Positions 53,276 to 62,683 of a stretch of DNA of 64,000 nucleotides are shown in pieces (the first letter of the stretch is position 1; each line of letters opens with the position of its first letter). The translations under genes were made by a program, and so were the position numbers. The DNA is taken from positions 1,701,697 through 1,765,696 of the forward strand of contig CBDFIB010000004.1 in assembly GCA_965247925.1 (NCBI GenBank), in the 5' to 3' direction. The notes under the pieces were generated by a model. That model saw only the letters and a program-made list of their open reading frames with translations. It was not told the DNA's origin and did no database searches. This DNA comes from Dehalococcoidia bacterium (lineage in GTDB: Bacteria; Chloroflexota; Dehalococcoidia; UBA2979).

Positions 53276-54466
53276 TTAGCGCGCGTCCGGGTCGAACTCG
53301 GGGATGAGCTCGCCGGTGAGGCGGATGCTCTCCATGATCGCCTCGTGCGGAATCGCGCCGACCTGGTGGAAGGACATCAGGCGGTCGATCCCGGCCTCCT
53401 GGTAGACCTTCATGCCCTCGCGCACCTGGTCCTGGCTGCCGACGATCAGGGAGTGCTGCTTGGAGAGCACCTCCCAGACCTCCTCGGGGGTGACTTCCTC
53501 ACCCTCCATGACCTTGGCGACGATCAGCTGCGCCTCGGTCACCGTGTCGTCGGCGTGGTCGCGCAGGAACTGGCCGGTGAGGCCGCCGCCCGCGGGGTCG
53601 GCCGCCGCCGCCTCCAGCTCCCTGGCGGTGAGCACGAAGGCTTCCTTAGCCTCGAAGAAGGTGAAGGCGCCGTTGGTGTACCAGGCGGCCGCGTCGGCGG
53701 CGCCGTTCTCCATCGCCTGCTGCTCGCTCTCGGCGGCGTGCACGAAGGTGAAGAAGGCAACCTGGTCGTTGACCTCCTCGCCCACCGGGTCGCAGTCCTT
53801 GATCGCATCGCGGTAGAGGCCGATCCACTCGGCGACCTGGTCGAGCGAGGCCCAGAGGGTGACGCCGAGGGCGCCGACGCCGTTGCGGCCCGCCTGCTCG
53901 AAGGAGGTGGGACTGGAGCAGGCCTGCCAGAGCTTCGGGTGCGGCTTCTGGTAGGGCTTCGGGATCACGGAGACGTTGTTGATGTCGTAGAAGTCGCTCT
54001 TCCAGGAGAAGTCGTCGGTGGTCCACATCTTCGGGATCATCTCGAAGGCTTGCTGCATCTGGTCGCGCGTCTCGTCCGCGTCGATGTTGAAGGTGCGCCA
54101 CTCAGGGATAGTGGACCGGGCGAGGCCGAGTTCGAAGCGGCCGTTGCTCACGTGGTCCAGGAAGGCGGCGCGCTCCGCGACCCGCATCGGGTGGTTGAAG
54201 CGGAAGGGGGAGAGCACGGCGGAGTGGCCGACTCGCAGGTTCTTGGTGTTGGCGGCGATGTTGGTGAGCATGATCTCCGGCGCCGAGCTGTAGCTGAACT
54301 CGACGGCGGTGTGGTGCTCCACCTCCCACCAGATCCCGTAGCCCATCTCGTCGGCGAGCTTCGCCTGCGCGAGGGTCTCCTCGAACAGCCGGTGCTCATG
54401 GTTCTCGACGTCGGGACCCCAAAGTTCCTTCGGTTGCTGCATCTCCGAGAAGATGTCGACCTTCAC
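53276..54466 (-). CDS. LLM-class (luciferase-like) flavin-dependent oxidoreductase
   Basis: Motifs are AKLADEMGY..WWEVEHH, SSAPE, NHPMRVAERAAFLD.VSNGRFELG and PKPYQKPHP.LWQA. The GTG at 54466 follows GAGGAG. Confidence 0.92.
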   Translation of the reverse strand: MKVDIFSEMQQPKELWGPDVENHEHRLFEETLAQAKLADEMGYGIWWEVEHHTAVEFSYSSAPEIMLTNIAANTKNLRVGHSAVLSPFRFNHPMRVAERAAFLDHVSNGRFELGLARSTIPEWRTFNIDADETRDQMQQAFEMIPKMWTTDDFSWKSDFYDINNVSVIPKPYQKPHPKLWQACSSPTSFEQAGRNGVGALGVTLWASLDQVAEWIGLYRDAIKDCDPVGEEVNDQVAFFTFVHAAESEQQAMENGAADAAAWYTNGAFTFFEAKEAFVLTARELEAAAADPAGGGLTGQFLRDHADDTVTEAQLIVAKVMEGEEVTPEEVWEVLSKQHSLIVGSQDQVREGMKVYQEAGIDRLMSFHQVGAIPHEAIMESIRLTGELIPEFDPDAR

Positions 54467-54634
54467 AAGCTGCTCCTCTTCCCTCTCGCAATCGCTGCGT
54501 GCGCGCCCTCGGCGGGCGCAACCGCGCCGGCGAGCCGTGTACCGCAGGCCAGCATCCCGACGAACTCCGCGAGTGTCAAACAGCGCCCGCGGCGAGTGGC
54601 GGCAGTGACCGCTGGAGCCGGATCGGGCGCATAG

Positions 54635-54665
54635 CAAAGGGCCGGCCCACTGGGCCGGCCCTTTG
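54635..54665 (-). terminator. Intrinsic terminator-like hairpin downstream of the crotonase gene
   Basis: The perfect inverted repeat CAAAGGGCCGGCCCA-C-TGGGCCGGCCCTTTG lies about 20 nt past the stop codon. Confidence 0.72.
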
Positions 54666-54686
54666 GTGCTCTCGCGCTCGGGATTG

Positions 54687-55463
54687 CTAGCGGCCCTGGA
54701 AGATCGGGGTGCGCTTCTCGGCGAAGGCAATCGCCGCCTCGCGCGTGTCCTCGAGCTGCATCAGGCCCGCCATTGCCTGCGGGAAGGCGATCTCGGCCTG
54801 GTAGGCGGTTGGTCGCGGGCGAGCCATCATCAGCTGCTGCTTCGTGACCTGAACATGCACCGGGGGAAGCGCGGCGATCTCCTCGGCGATGTCCATCGCC
54901 GTCGACATCAACTGCTCGGCCGGCACGACGTGGTTGATGATGCCCAGCTCGTAGGCGCGCTGCGCGTCGAACTGGTGGCCGCGGATCACGATCTCGGAGC
55001 CCGGCAGCCAGTAGAGGTTCTGCAGGATGACGAACAGCGCCGGGCCGATGATGCCCGTCGGAATCTCCGACATCGCGAAGCGCGCGCCCTCGGCGGCGAC
55101 GCAGATGTCGGAGCCGCAGACGATGTAGAAGCCCGCCCCCCAGGCGCCGCCCTGGACGGCGGTGATGATCGGCTTGTCGGTGTCGGGGACGCCGTAGAAG
55201 CCTGTCTTGGAGACGGGGGCGTCGGGGTTGCTGATGTCAGGGCGGCCCCCGGCCTGCTCCCGGATGTCGCGGCCCGCGGAGAAGATGCGACCCTCGCCGC
55301 TGACGACGGCGATGCGCAACTCAGGGTCGTTCTCGAACTCGTACCAGGCCTGGCCGAGGTCGTGACGGATCTGCGCGCCGATGGCGTTGAGGCGCTCCGG
55401 GCGGTTCAGGCGGATGTGGTAGATGTGGCCGAGCTTCTCGGTGATGACGTGCTGCAGGTCCAA
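54687..55463 (-). CDS. Enoyl-CoA hydratase/isomerase family protein, paralog of 39432-40214
   Basis: Motifs are LNRPERLNA, GEGRIFSAGRDI, KPIITAVQGGAWGAG and FAMSE. The TTG start follows GAGGAG. Confidence 0.9.
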   Translation of the reverse strand: MDLQHVITEKLGHIYHIRLNRPERLNAIGAQIRHDLGQAWYEFENDPELRIAVVSGEGRIFSAGRDIREQAGGRPDISNPDAPVSKTGFYGVPDTDKPIITAVQGGAWGAGFYIVCGSDICVAAEGARFAMSEIPTGIIGPALFVILQNLYWLPGSEIVIRGHQFDAQRAYELGIINHVVPAEQLMSTAMDIAEEIAALPPVHVQVTKQQLMMARPRPTAYQAEIAFPQAMAGLMQLEDTREAAIAFAEKRTPIFQGR

Positions 55464-55669
55464 GGTTGGCTCCTCGATGTTCGATTCGTTGCTGGGGCGG
55501 ACTCTAGCACATCGTTCCCTTGCGGGGCGGCGCCGGGGACTGCGCTTGCGTTATTCGCGATGGTGCCGACAATAGGCAGCGCCGGTCTGCGACGGCGAAT
55601 GCCGCATCGGCCACATGTACGGAAGCTGTTGGGCGCACACACGGTGCGCCCGTGAAGGGAGCCCCCCAC

Positions 55670-56116
55670 ATGCACCTCCTGTCCGCTCTGTTGCGCCCTC
55701 GGCGCGTCGCCGAGGCCCACTGCGACGGCCCTTGCGGCATCTACGACCCCGCGTCGGCGCGCATCGCCGCCGAGGCGGTGCTCTCGATGGCGCAGAAGAT
55801 CGTCGCCCTCGGCGACGCCGACGACGCGGCGACGAACAACACGCGATCGCGCTTCACCGCGATCAAGGAGGAGCAGTCGGAGCTGGCCAAGCGCGAGCTC
55901 AACATCCTCTGGACGGACTACTTCAACCCGGAGCGCACCGCGGCCACCCCGGACCTCTGGCAGACGTTCTGGAACGCCGCCAAGCTCTGCTCCCGCAACA
56001 AGACGGAACTGAGCGTCGAGGCCGGCGAGGAGCTGCTCGCCACAATCGAGGAGATCCACAACGTCTTCTGGGCCTCCAAGGGCCGCGACGACGTCCCGTT
56101 CTACCGGGCCGCGTAG
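55670..56116 (+). CDS. sodN: Nickel superoxide dismutase precursor
   Basis: A 16-aa leader is followed by the Ni-hook HCDGPCGIYDPA, plus IKEEQ..LAK.EL.ILWTDYF and FWASK. Confidence 0.96.
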   Translation: MHLLSALLRPRRVAEAHCDGPCGIYDPASARIAAEAVLSMAQKIVALGDADDAATNNTRSRFTAIKEEQSELAKRELNILWTDYFNPERTAATPDLWQTFWNAAKLCSRNKTELSVEAGEELLATIEEIHNVFWASKGRDDVPFYRAA

Positions 56117-56162
56117 CCGGGCGGGCAACCCGACGGCCGGCCGGTCGCCCTGGCGCGGCCTC

Positions 56163-56588
56163 GTGCTCGCGCTCGCCTGCTGCACAGCGGCGGGAGCGAT
56201 CGCCTGGCTCGCGCTGCGCCTCGCGCGGCGCTTCGCGCGCTACGAGATCGCGGGCGAGAGCATGCTGCCGGCCCTGCGGCCGCGCGACTGGGTGATCGTC
56301 GACCGGCGCGCCTACGCGTATCGAGAGCCGCGCGAGGACGAGATCGCGCTGGTGCGCGATCCCCGCGATCCGCGACGCACGCTGGTCAAGCGGATCCGTG
56401 TCCGCGAGCCCGGCGGCGACCTCTGGCTGCTCGGCGACAACTCCGGGACGAGCACGGACAGCCGCACGCTCGGCCCCTTCCCGCCGGAGGCGCTGCTCGG
56501 GCGCGTACGCTGGCGCTACTGGCCGCCCCCGCCGGACATCGCGTGCCCGCCGCCCACCGAGTGGGAGATGGCAACGGAGCAGGCGTGA
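56163..56588 (+). CDS. sodX: Nickel-SOD maturation protease (S26-like)
   Basis: It has GESMLPAL (Ser), LVKRI (Lys) and GDN...STDSR..GP, and lies directly downstream of sodN. Confidence 0.87.
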   Translation: MLALACCTAAGAIAWLALRLARRFARYEIAGESMLPALRPRDWVIVDRRAYAYREPREDEIALVRDPRDPRRTLVKRIRVREPGGDLWLLGDNSGTSTDSRTLGPFPPEALLGRVRWRYWPPPPDIACPPPTEWEMATEQA

Positions 56589-57355
56589 AACTCGCGACCT
56601 GGAACGTGAACTCGGTGCGGGCGCGGATGCCGCGCCTGCTCGAGTTCCTCGCGGTCCACCGACCCGACGTCGTCTGCCTGCAGGAGACGAAGACCGCCCC
56701 CGGCGAGTTCCCCGCCGGGGCCTTGCGCGAGGCGGGCTACGCCGCCGCCGATGAGTCCGGCGGGCGCTGGGCCGGCGTGGCGATCCTCGCCCGCGACGAC
56801 CACGCCATCGAGGATGTCGCGCACGGACTGCCGGGCAGCCCGCTCCCGGAGGACGCGCGCTGGATCGAGGCGACCGTCGCCGGGCTGCGCGCGGTCAGCG
56901 TCTACGTCGTCAACGGCCGCGCGCTCGACGATCCGATGTACGAGGCGAAGCTCGCCTTCCTCGACGCGATGGCCGAACGCGTGTCGCAGCTCGCGGGCCA
57001 GCCGCTGGTGGTCGCCGGCGACTACAACATCGCACCCGCGGACATCGACATCTGGGACCCGGCTACCCTCGAGGGCGCGACGCACGCGAGCGCGCCGGAG
57101 CGGGAGCGCCTCGGCGCGCTGCTCGGGACGGGGCTGGCGGACGCCTTCCGCGTCGTCGAGCCGGAGACGGTGCAGCACACCTGGTGGGACTACCGGCAGG
57201 GGCACTTCCACCGCGGCATGGGCATGCGCATCGACCTCGCGCTGGTAAGTCCGGACCTCGCCGGGCGGCTGCGAGCGGCGGGCATCGATCGTGACTTCCG
57301 CAAGGGCCCGAAGCCCTCCGACCACGCACCCGTGCTGTTCGAGTTCGAGGACTGA
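56585..57355 (+). CDS. xth: Exodeoxyribonuclease III (AP endonuclease)
   Basis: Motifs are ATWNVNSVRAR, CLQETK, SVYVVNG, GDYNIAP, TWWDYR, GMRID and PSDHAPV. The start overlaps the sodX stop (GTGA). Confidence 0.93.
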   Translation: MKLATWNVNSVRARMPRLLEFLAVHRPDVVCLQETKTAPGEFPAGALREAGYAAADESGGRWAGVAILARDDHAIEDVAHGLPGSPLPEDARWIEATVAGLRAVSVYVVNGRALDDPMYEAKLAFLDAMAERVSQLAGQPLVVAGDYNIAPADIDIWDPATLEGATHASAPERERLGALLGTGLADAFRVVEPETVQHTWWDYRQGHFHRGMGMRIDLALVSPDLAGRLRAAGIDRDFRKGPKPSDHAPVLFEFED

Positions 57356-57461
57356 GCGCCGCTCCGAGGCGCGTCCCGTTCCTTACTGGTACGGCCTCGG
57401 CGCCGGGCCGTATCCTGAGAACCGGACCGAGCGGCAGCCCTGAAGTGATCGGATGTGAGCG

Positions 57462-58565
57462 ATGAACGACGACGCGCTGCGCACGCGGCTCTGCGAGGAG
57501 TACGGCTGCGAATACCCGATCGTCGCCTTCTGCCACACAAAGGAGGTCGTCGCCGCCGTGACGAACGCCGGAGGCATCGGCGTGCTCGGCACCACCCAGC
57601 TCCTGAAGGACGAGTTCCGCCGCGACGTGCGCTGGATCCGCGACCAGGTCGGCGACAAGCCGTTCGGCATCGACACCCTGCTTCCGGCCACCTTCCAGGA
57701 GGGCAACGTCGAGGACCTCGAGGCGATGATCCCGCAGGAGCATCGCGACTTCGTGGAGCGGCTGCAGCTCGACAACGAGATCCCGGACCCGATCACGCCG
57801 CCGCCGTGGCAGCCCTCGGTCGGCGCGGACCTGCTGCAGCGCGCCCGCGACCACATCGACGTGACCCTCGAGGAGCGCGTTCCGATCTTCGCCTCGGGCC
57901 TCGGCAGCCCCGCCGTGATCCTCGATCGCGCGCACGCGGCCGGCACGAAGGTCTGGGGCCTGATCGGCATGACGCGGCAGGCGCGCCGCGAGTTCGAGGC
58001 GGGCGTCGATCTGGTGATCGCGCAGGGCGGCGACTCGGGCGCCCACTCCGGGCGCATCGGCACTTTCTCGCTCGTCCCGGCGGTGACGAGGATGGCGCGC
58101 GAGTACGACACGCCGGTCCTCGCGGCGGGGGGTGTGACGCGCGGTGAGCACCTCGTCGCCGCGCTCGCCCTTGGTGCGGTGGGTGTCTGGTGCGGCACGA
58201 TCTGGCAGGCGACGACGGAGTCGCATATCGACCCCTACCTCAAGGAGAAACTGGTCAAGGCCGCGACCGAGGACTCGACCAAGAGCCGCGCACTGACCGG
58301 CAAGCCCGCCGCTCGCCTGCGCTCGAAGATGATCGATGCCTGGGAGCAGCCCGACGCGCCCGAGCCGCTCGGCATGCCACTGCAGCCGATGCTGATGGCG
58401 AAGCTCATGCAGGCGGTCGACGACCACCACGTCGAGGAGTTCATGAATGTCGCTGCCGGCCAGGGTGTCGGCCTGATCGACGAGATCCGCCCGACCAGCC
58501 AGGTGATCGCCGACATGGTCGCCGAGGCGCGCGCGATCCTCGCAGGCGAGCCGCTGCGGGCCTGA
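57462..58565 (+). CDS. Nitronate monooxygenase / FabK-like FMN-dependent oxidoreductase
   Basis: Motifs are VAAVTNAGGIGVLG, KPFGID, IAQGGDSGAHSG, PVLAAGG, ALALGA.GVWCGT and AGQGVG. Confidence 0.88.
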   Translation: MNDDALRTRLCEEYGCEYPIVAFCHTKEVVAAVTNAGGIGVLGTTQLLKDEFRRDVRWIRDQVGDKPFGIDTLLPATFQEGNVEDLEAMIPQEHRDFVERLQLDNEIPDPITPPPWQPSVGADLLQRARDHIDVTLEERVPIFASGLGSPAVILDRAHAAGTKVWGLIGMTRQARREFEAGVDLVIAQGGDSGAHSGRIGTFSLVPAVTRMAREYDTPVLAAGGVTRGEHLVAALALGAVGVWCGTIWQATTESHIDPYLKEKLVKAATEDSTKSRALTGKPAARLRSKMIDAWEQPDAPEPLGMPLQPMLMAKLMQAVDDHHVEEFMNVAAGQGVGLIDEIRPTSQVIADMVAEARAILAGEPLRA

Positions 58566-58578
58566 GCCTCGCTGCGCG

Positions 58579-59979
58579 CTACAGCGGTGGGCGGCGCGGC
58601 CAGCCCGTCGCCCGCTCGTAGGCGTGGGCGGCGCGGCAGACGCTCGCCTCGGCGAAGGGGCGGCCCGCGATCATCAGCCCGATTGGCAGCCCGTTGCCAT
58701 CGAGGCCACAGGGCACGCTGATCGCCGGCAGGCCGCTGATGTTGTACGCCCGCGTGTAGCTCGCGAGGCGCGAGCCGGGGTCGCCCTCGGCGACCGTCGG
58801 TACGGTGCGCGGCAGCGTCGGCGAGACCAGCAGATCGACCGTCCCGAGGACGGCCAGCACCTCGCGCTCGATCGCCAGGCGCGTTTCCAGGTCGCGGATG
58901 TAGTCGATCGCCAGGCGGGTGAGGCCGGGCTCGATCTTGCCTCGGATCTCGTCGCTGTAGCGCTCGGGATGCTCGCGCAGCCACTGCTCGTGGAAGGCGG
59001 CGCCCTCGACCTGGCTGATCAGCAGCCGCCCGGCGGCGGCGTACTGCGGCAGTTCCACCTCGATGGTCTCGCCGCCGAGCGCGCGCAGCTCGTCGAGCGC
59101 GGCTTCGCAGGCCTCGGCGACCTCGTCGTCGCAGTCCGCCCAGAGCGGGTGGCGCGGCACGCCGACGCGCAGCCCGGTGAGATCGCGGCCGAGCTCGCGC
59201 GTGAAGTCCTCGGGCGGGCGGTCGAGCGACTGCGGGTCGGTCGGGTCGTATCCGGCGATCGCGTTGAGGATCAGCGCGGAGTCCTCGACGGTCTTCGTGA
59301 GCGGACCGGCGTGGTCGAGCGTGTGCGAGAGGGGCACGACGCCGCTGCGGCTGACGAGGCCGCGCGTCGGCTTCAGCCCGGCGACGCCGCAGATCGCGGC
59401 GGGCATGCGGATCGACCCGCCGGTGTCGCTGCCGAGCGTGCCGAGGGCGGACCCGGCCGCCGCCGCCGCCCCGCTGCCGCCGCTGCTGCCGCCCGGCGTG
59501 TAGTCCGGGTTCCACGGATTGCGGACCGCGCCGAAGTGGGCGTTGTCGCTGGTGGTGCCGAAGGCGAACTCGTGCATCCCGAGCTTGCCCGTGAGCGCGA
59601 TGCCCGCCTCGTGCAGCTTCGCGACGACGAAGGCGTCCTGCTCGGGCACGCGGTCGCGGAGGAAGTCGGAGCCGCCCGTCGTCACGATCCCGGCGGTGTC
59701 GAACAGGTCCTTGAGCGCGAACGGGATGCCGTGCAGCGGCCCGCGATCGAGGCCGCTCGCCAACTCCTCGTCGGCACGGGCGGCCTGCTCCCGCGCGAGG
59801 TCGGCGGTGACGAGCATGTAGGCGTTGAGCGCCGGCTCGGTCTCCTCGATGCGCGCGAGGACGGACTCGGTCAGCGCGAGCGCGCTCAGCGAGCCGTCGC
59901 GCAGCGCCGCGGCCGCCTCGGCGATGGTCAGGTCGTAGGGCTGGCGGCCGGGGGCCTCGAGGTCAGCTGGCAGCGGCAT
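58579..59979 (-). CDS. Amidase-signature family protein (GatA-like amidase)
   Basis: Motifs are GPLHGIPFALKDL, HEFAFG, NPWN...TPGGSSGGS and GSDTGGSIRMPAA.CG..GLKPT.G (Lys-cisSer-Ser triad). Confidence 0.92.
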   Translation of the reverse strand: MPLPADLEAPGRQPYDLTIAEAAAALRDGSLSALALTESVLARIEETEPALNAYMLVTADLAREQAARADEELASGLDRGPLHGIPFALKDLFDTAGIVTTGGSDFLRDRVPEQDAFVVAKLHEAGIALTGKLGMHEFAFGTTSDNAHFGAVRNPWNPDYTPGGSSGGSGAAAAAGSALGTLGSDTGGSIRMPAAICGVAGLKPTRGLVSRSGVVPLSHTLDHAGPLTKTVEDSALILNAIAGYDPTDPQSLDRPPEDFTRELGRDLTGLRVGVPRHPLWADCDDEVAEACEAALDELRALGGETIEVELPQYAAAGRLLISQVEGAAFHEQWLREHPERYSDEIRGKIEPGLTRLAIDYIRDLETRLAIEREVLAVLGTVDLLVSPTLPRTVPTVAEGDPGSRLASYTRAYNISGLPAISVPCGLDGNGLPIGLMIAGRPFAEASVCRAAHAYERATGWPRRPPL

Positions 59980-59998
59980 GACGTTGTCCTCCTCGCCG

Positions 59999-61315
59999 TC
60001 AGCGCAGGCGGCTGATCGGCGTGCGTGCGATGAGCTGGGCGGCGGTGATCGCGAGCAGCGCGATGGACGCAAGACCGACGGCGATCTGCGGGCCGATCGC
60101 GTTCGCGACGAGGCTGACGAGGAGCGTGCCGAGCGACATCAGCCCGTACTGCATCATGTAAACGCTGAGCGCGCGCCCCCGGTACTCGTCTTCCGTGTAG
60201 GCCTGCAGCAGCACGCTCCCAAGCGAGAGGTAGCCGGCCTGCCCCGCGCCGATCAGGACGGCGCATCCGAGGGCCACCCAGTAGGTGCTGTTCACGGAGA
60301 ACGCGAGCATCGCCACGCCGATCAGCGTGACGCTCAGCATCCAGACGCGCCCACGCTGCCCTCCCGGGATCGAGGCCACGATCAAGGAGCCGACGACCGC
60401 GCCGAGGCCGCCCATGCTGAGCAGCACGCCGAGCGCGCTCGCGCCGACGCCGAGCACCTCCTTCGCGTAGCCGGGCAGCAGCGTCATGTAGGTCATCCAG
60501 AAGAGCCCGACCGAGGCGTTGTAGATCAGCAGCGGACGCAACACAGTGTCGCGCGCCACGTAGCGCAGCCCGTCGGCGACCTGGCTGATGGCGCGCGCGG
60601 GCCCGGCGGACGCCCTCGCGCCGATCTCGACCGGGAGCAGCAGCAGCAGCGCGCCGACGTAGAGGGCGGACATCAGGTAGTAGACATACTGCGTGCCCTC
60701 GATGCTGCCGGCCGGTCCGAGCGCGCCGATCATCCAGCCCGCGAGGGCGGGCATGAGCAGGAACGAGGCGTTTTGCCCCGTGGTATAGAGCGCCATCGCG
60801 TTCGTCAGCTGCTTCATTCCGACGACCGAGGGCGTCAGCGCCTGCCGCGCCGGCATCGTGAGCGAGTGCGCCGCGGAAATCATCGAGGCGCCCACGACGA
60901 TCTGCCAGAACTCCAGGTTGCCGCTCGTCACGAGCAGCCCCATCACGAGCGAGGCGAGTGCGCCCGCGGCCTGCCCTGTCTGGATGAACCGCTTGCGGTG
61001 CCTGACCTTGTCGGCGAGTACGCCCCCCGGGATCGAGGCGGCCAGGCTCGACATGCCTCCGGCGAGGTGCAGCACGCCGAGCGCCGCGAACGAGCCGGTC
61101 AGCTCGAAGGTCAGCCAGCCGGCCACGAACATCTGGATGCCGATCGCCGCGAAGCCCGAGAACATCGACGTAAAGAACCAGCGGAAGCTGACGATCCTGA
61201 AGGAATCGAACGTGCGGAAGCGTCGCGTCCCGCCCGCGACTGCTTCGTCGACGGGGATCGGCGGTGGCGTCCGGGCGCGTTCGCGTGTCTGCGTCACACG
61301 CGCATCGTGACGCAT
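59999..61315 (-). CDS. MFS transporter (DHA3/H+ antiporter-like)
   Basis: It has about 12 TM helices, GGVLADK..HRK, MPARQAL.P.VVG and RGRALSVY. The start could instead be GTG 61297. Confidence 0.88.
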   Translation of the reverse strand: MRHDARVTQTRERARTPPPIPVDEAVAGGTRRFRTFDSFRIVSFRWFFTSMFSGFAAIGIQMFVAGWLTFELTGSFAALGVLHLAGGMSSLAASIPGGVLADKVRHRKRFIQTGQAAGALASLVMGLLVTSGNLEFWQIVVGASMISAAHSLTMPARQALTPSVVGMKQLTNAMALYTTGQNASFLLMPALAGWMIGALGPAGSIEGTQYVYYLMSALYVGALLLLLPVEIGARASAGPARAISQVADGLRYVARDTVLRPLLIYNASVGLFWMTYMTLLPGYAKEVLGVGASALGVLLSMGGLGAVVGSLIVASIPGGQRGRVWMLSVTLIGVAMLAFSVNSTYWVALGCAVLIGAGQAGYLSLGSVLLQAYTEDEYRGRALSVYMMQYGLMSLGTLLVSLVANAIGPQIAVGLASIALLAITAAQLIARTPISRLR

Positions 61316-61349
61316 CGGCGGCGAGGCGCATAGCGCCGCCGCGAGGGCG

Positions 61350-62240
61350 TCAGCGGGGTGGCGGCGCCCAACTCACGACGGCGGTCTGGCTGAAGGGCAA
61401 CGGCAGCGCCACGAGGCCGTCGGCACCGGCGTAGCGCTCCGCCAGCAGCTCGCGCATGCGCCCCTCGCGCGCCGTTCCGCGGCCGACGAAGTAGCGGTGG
61501 CGGTTCGAGTCGATGACCTCGTCGAGGGAGAGCGGCGGCTCGGGCGGGGGCGGCGTCGTGCGCAGCTCGAAGGCGCGTCCGCGCGCGCCGAGCACCGCGA
61601 GGAACTCGCGCAGCGCGGGCAGCTCGTCCGGCGGCTCGTCGTACAGCCCCGACCAGAGCGGCTCCAGCGGCGTCCCCGGCATCCGATCCATCAGCACGAT
61701 CACGCAGAGCCGCCGCGCATGACGTTCGAGCGCATCGAGGAAGGCGCCGACCTCCTCGACGAAGAAGAGCACGCTCGCCGACAGCGCCACGTCGACGATC
61801 GGCGCGGACTCGCCGGGCGCCCCCGGCGGCGGCCAGGCCGTGGCAGGCAGCACCTCGATATTGTCGAGGCCGGAAGCGGCGGCCTCCTCGCGCAGCCGCG
61901 CCGTCATGCCCGGCGAGCGGTCGATGGCGCTCATGCGACGGACGCGGCGGGCGAGCGGGATCGCGAGCCGTCCCGCTCCCGCGCCGACCTCGAGCCAGTG
62001 GTCGCCGGGCCTCGCCAGCGCCTCAAGCAGCGGCAGCTCGGGCGCGGGGTAGGCGTCCGGGCCGGGCGCGAAGATGTCGGCCATCGCGCCCCACTCATCG
62101 GCGGGCGGCGCCTGCTCGCGCATCCGCTCGCCCTGCTCGTTGGCGGTGCGCTGGAGCCCGCGCCAGGCGTCGAGCGCCTCCGCCTCGGTGGGGCGCAGCG
62201 TGCGGCGGGCCTCGTCTGCGTCGGGCGTGGGGTCTGGCAT
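61350..62240 (-). CDS. Class I SAM-dependent methyltransferase
   Basis: Motifs are WLEVGAGAGRLAIPLA, AIDRSPGM and VDVALSASVLFFV. Confidence 0.83.
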   Translation of the reverse strand: MPDPTPDADEARRTLRPTEAEALDAWRGLQRTANEQGERMREQAPPADEWGAMADIFAPGPDAYPAPELPLLEALARPGDHWLEVGAGAGRLAIPLARRVRRMSAIDRSPGMTARLREEAAASGLDNIEVLPATAWPPPGAPGESAPIVDVALSASVLFFVEEVGAFLDALERHARRLCVIVLMDRMPGTPLEPLWSGLYDEPPDELPALREFLAVLGARGRAFELRTTPPPPEPPLSLDEVIDSNRHRYFVGRGTAREGRMRELLAERYAGADGLVALPLPFSQTAVVSWAPPPR

Positions 62241-62356
62241 CGGAGTCACGGTACCACTGGGCGGGAGCGCGGGTGGCGCTGGGCTACGATAGTGACACGG
62301 TAGTGTCTCTATTTCGGGTGATCGGATAGACTCCGATCAGGAAGCGACGGTCCACG

Positions 62357-62683
62357 ATGGCAGCACCGACCTTCGACACGCACGACGCAGTCCGCAAGCT
62401 GCGCGGAGCAGGTATCGACGAGCAGGCCGCTGAGGGTATCGTGGAAGTCGTGGAAGAAGCTACGAGCCCACTCGTCACGCGCGACATCCTCCGTCTGGAG
62501 CTCGGCGAGTTTCGTTCGGAGCTTCGTTCGGAGATTCGCTCGGAGCTGCATGAGCTTCGCTCGGAGCAGCACGAGTTTCGTTCAGAGATGTATCGGGCTC
62601 TCTGGATCCAGGGCGCGGGCGTCGTCGCTGCGATCAGTGGCCTCGCCGCTACGGCGGTGGCCGTTGCGGCCCTCCTCGGGTGA
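62357..62683 (+). CDS. DUF1640/CCDC90-like coiled-coil protein with C-terminal membrane anchor
   Basis: It has the head FDTHDAVRKLRGAGIDEQAAEGIV, the neck LVTRDIL, an (E-L/F/I-R-S)n stalk and a hydrophobic C-terminus. Confidence 0.75.
   Translation: MAAPTFDTHDAVRKLRGAGIDEQAAEGIVEVVEEATSPLVTRDILRLELGEFRSELRSEIRSELHELRSEQHEFRSEMYRALWIQGAGVVAAISGLAATAVAVAALLG

Noticed and set aside
58579-59979. gatA (Glu-tRNA amidotransferase subunit A)
   Set aside because: It has a generic amidase signature with no gatB/gatC neighbours and sits with an MFS transporter, so a catabolic amidase is more likely.
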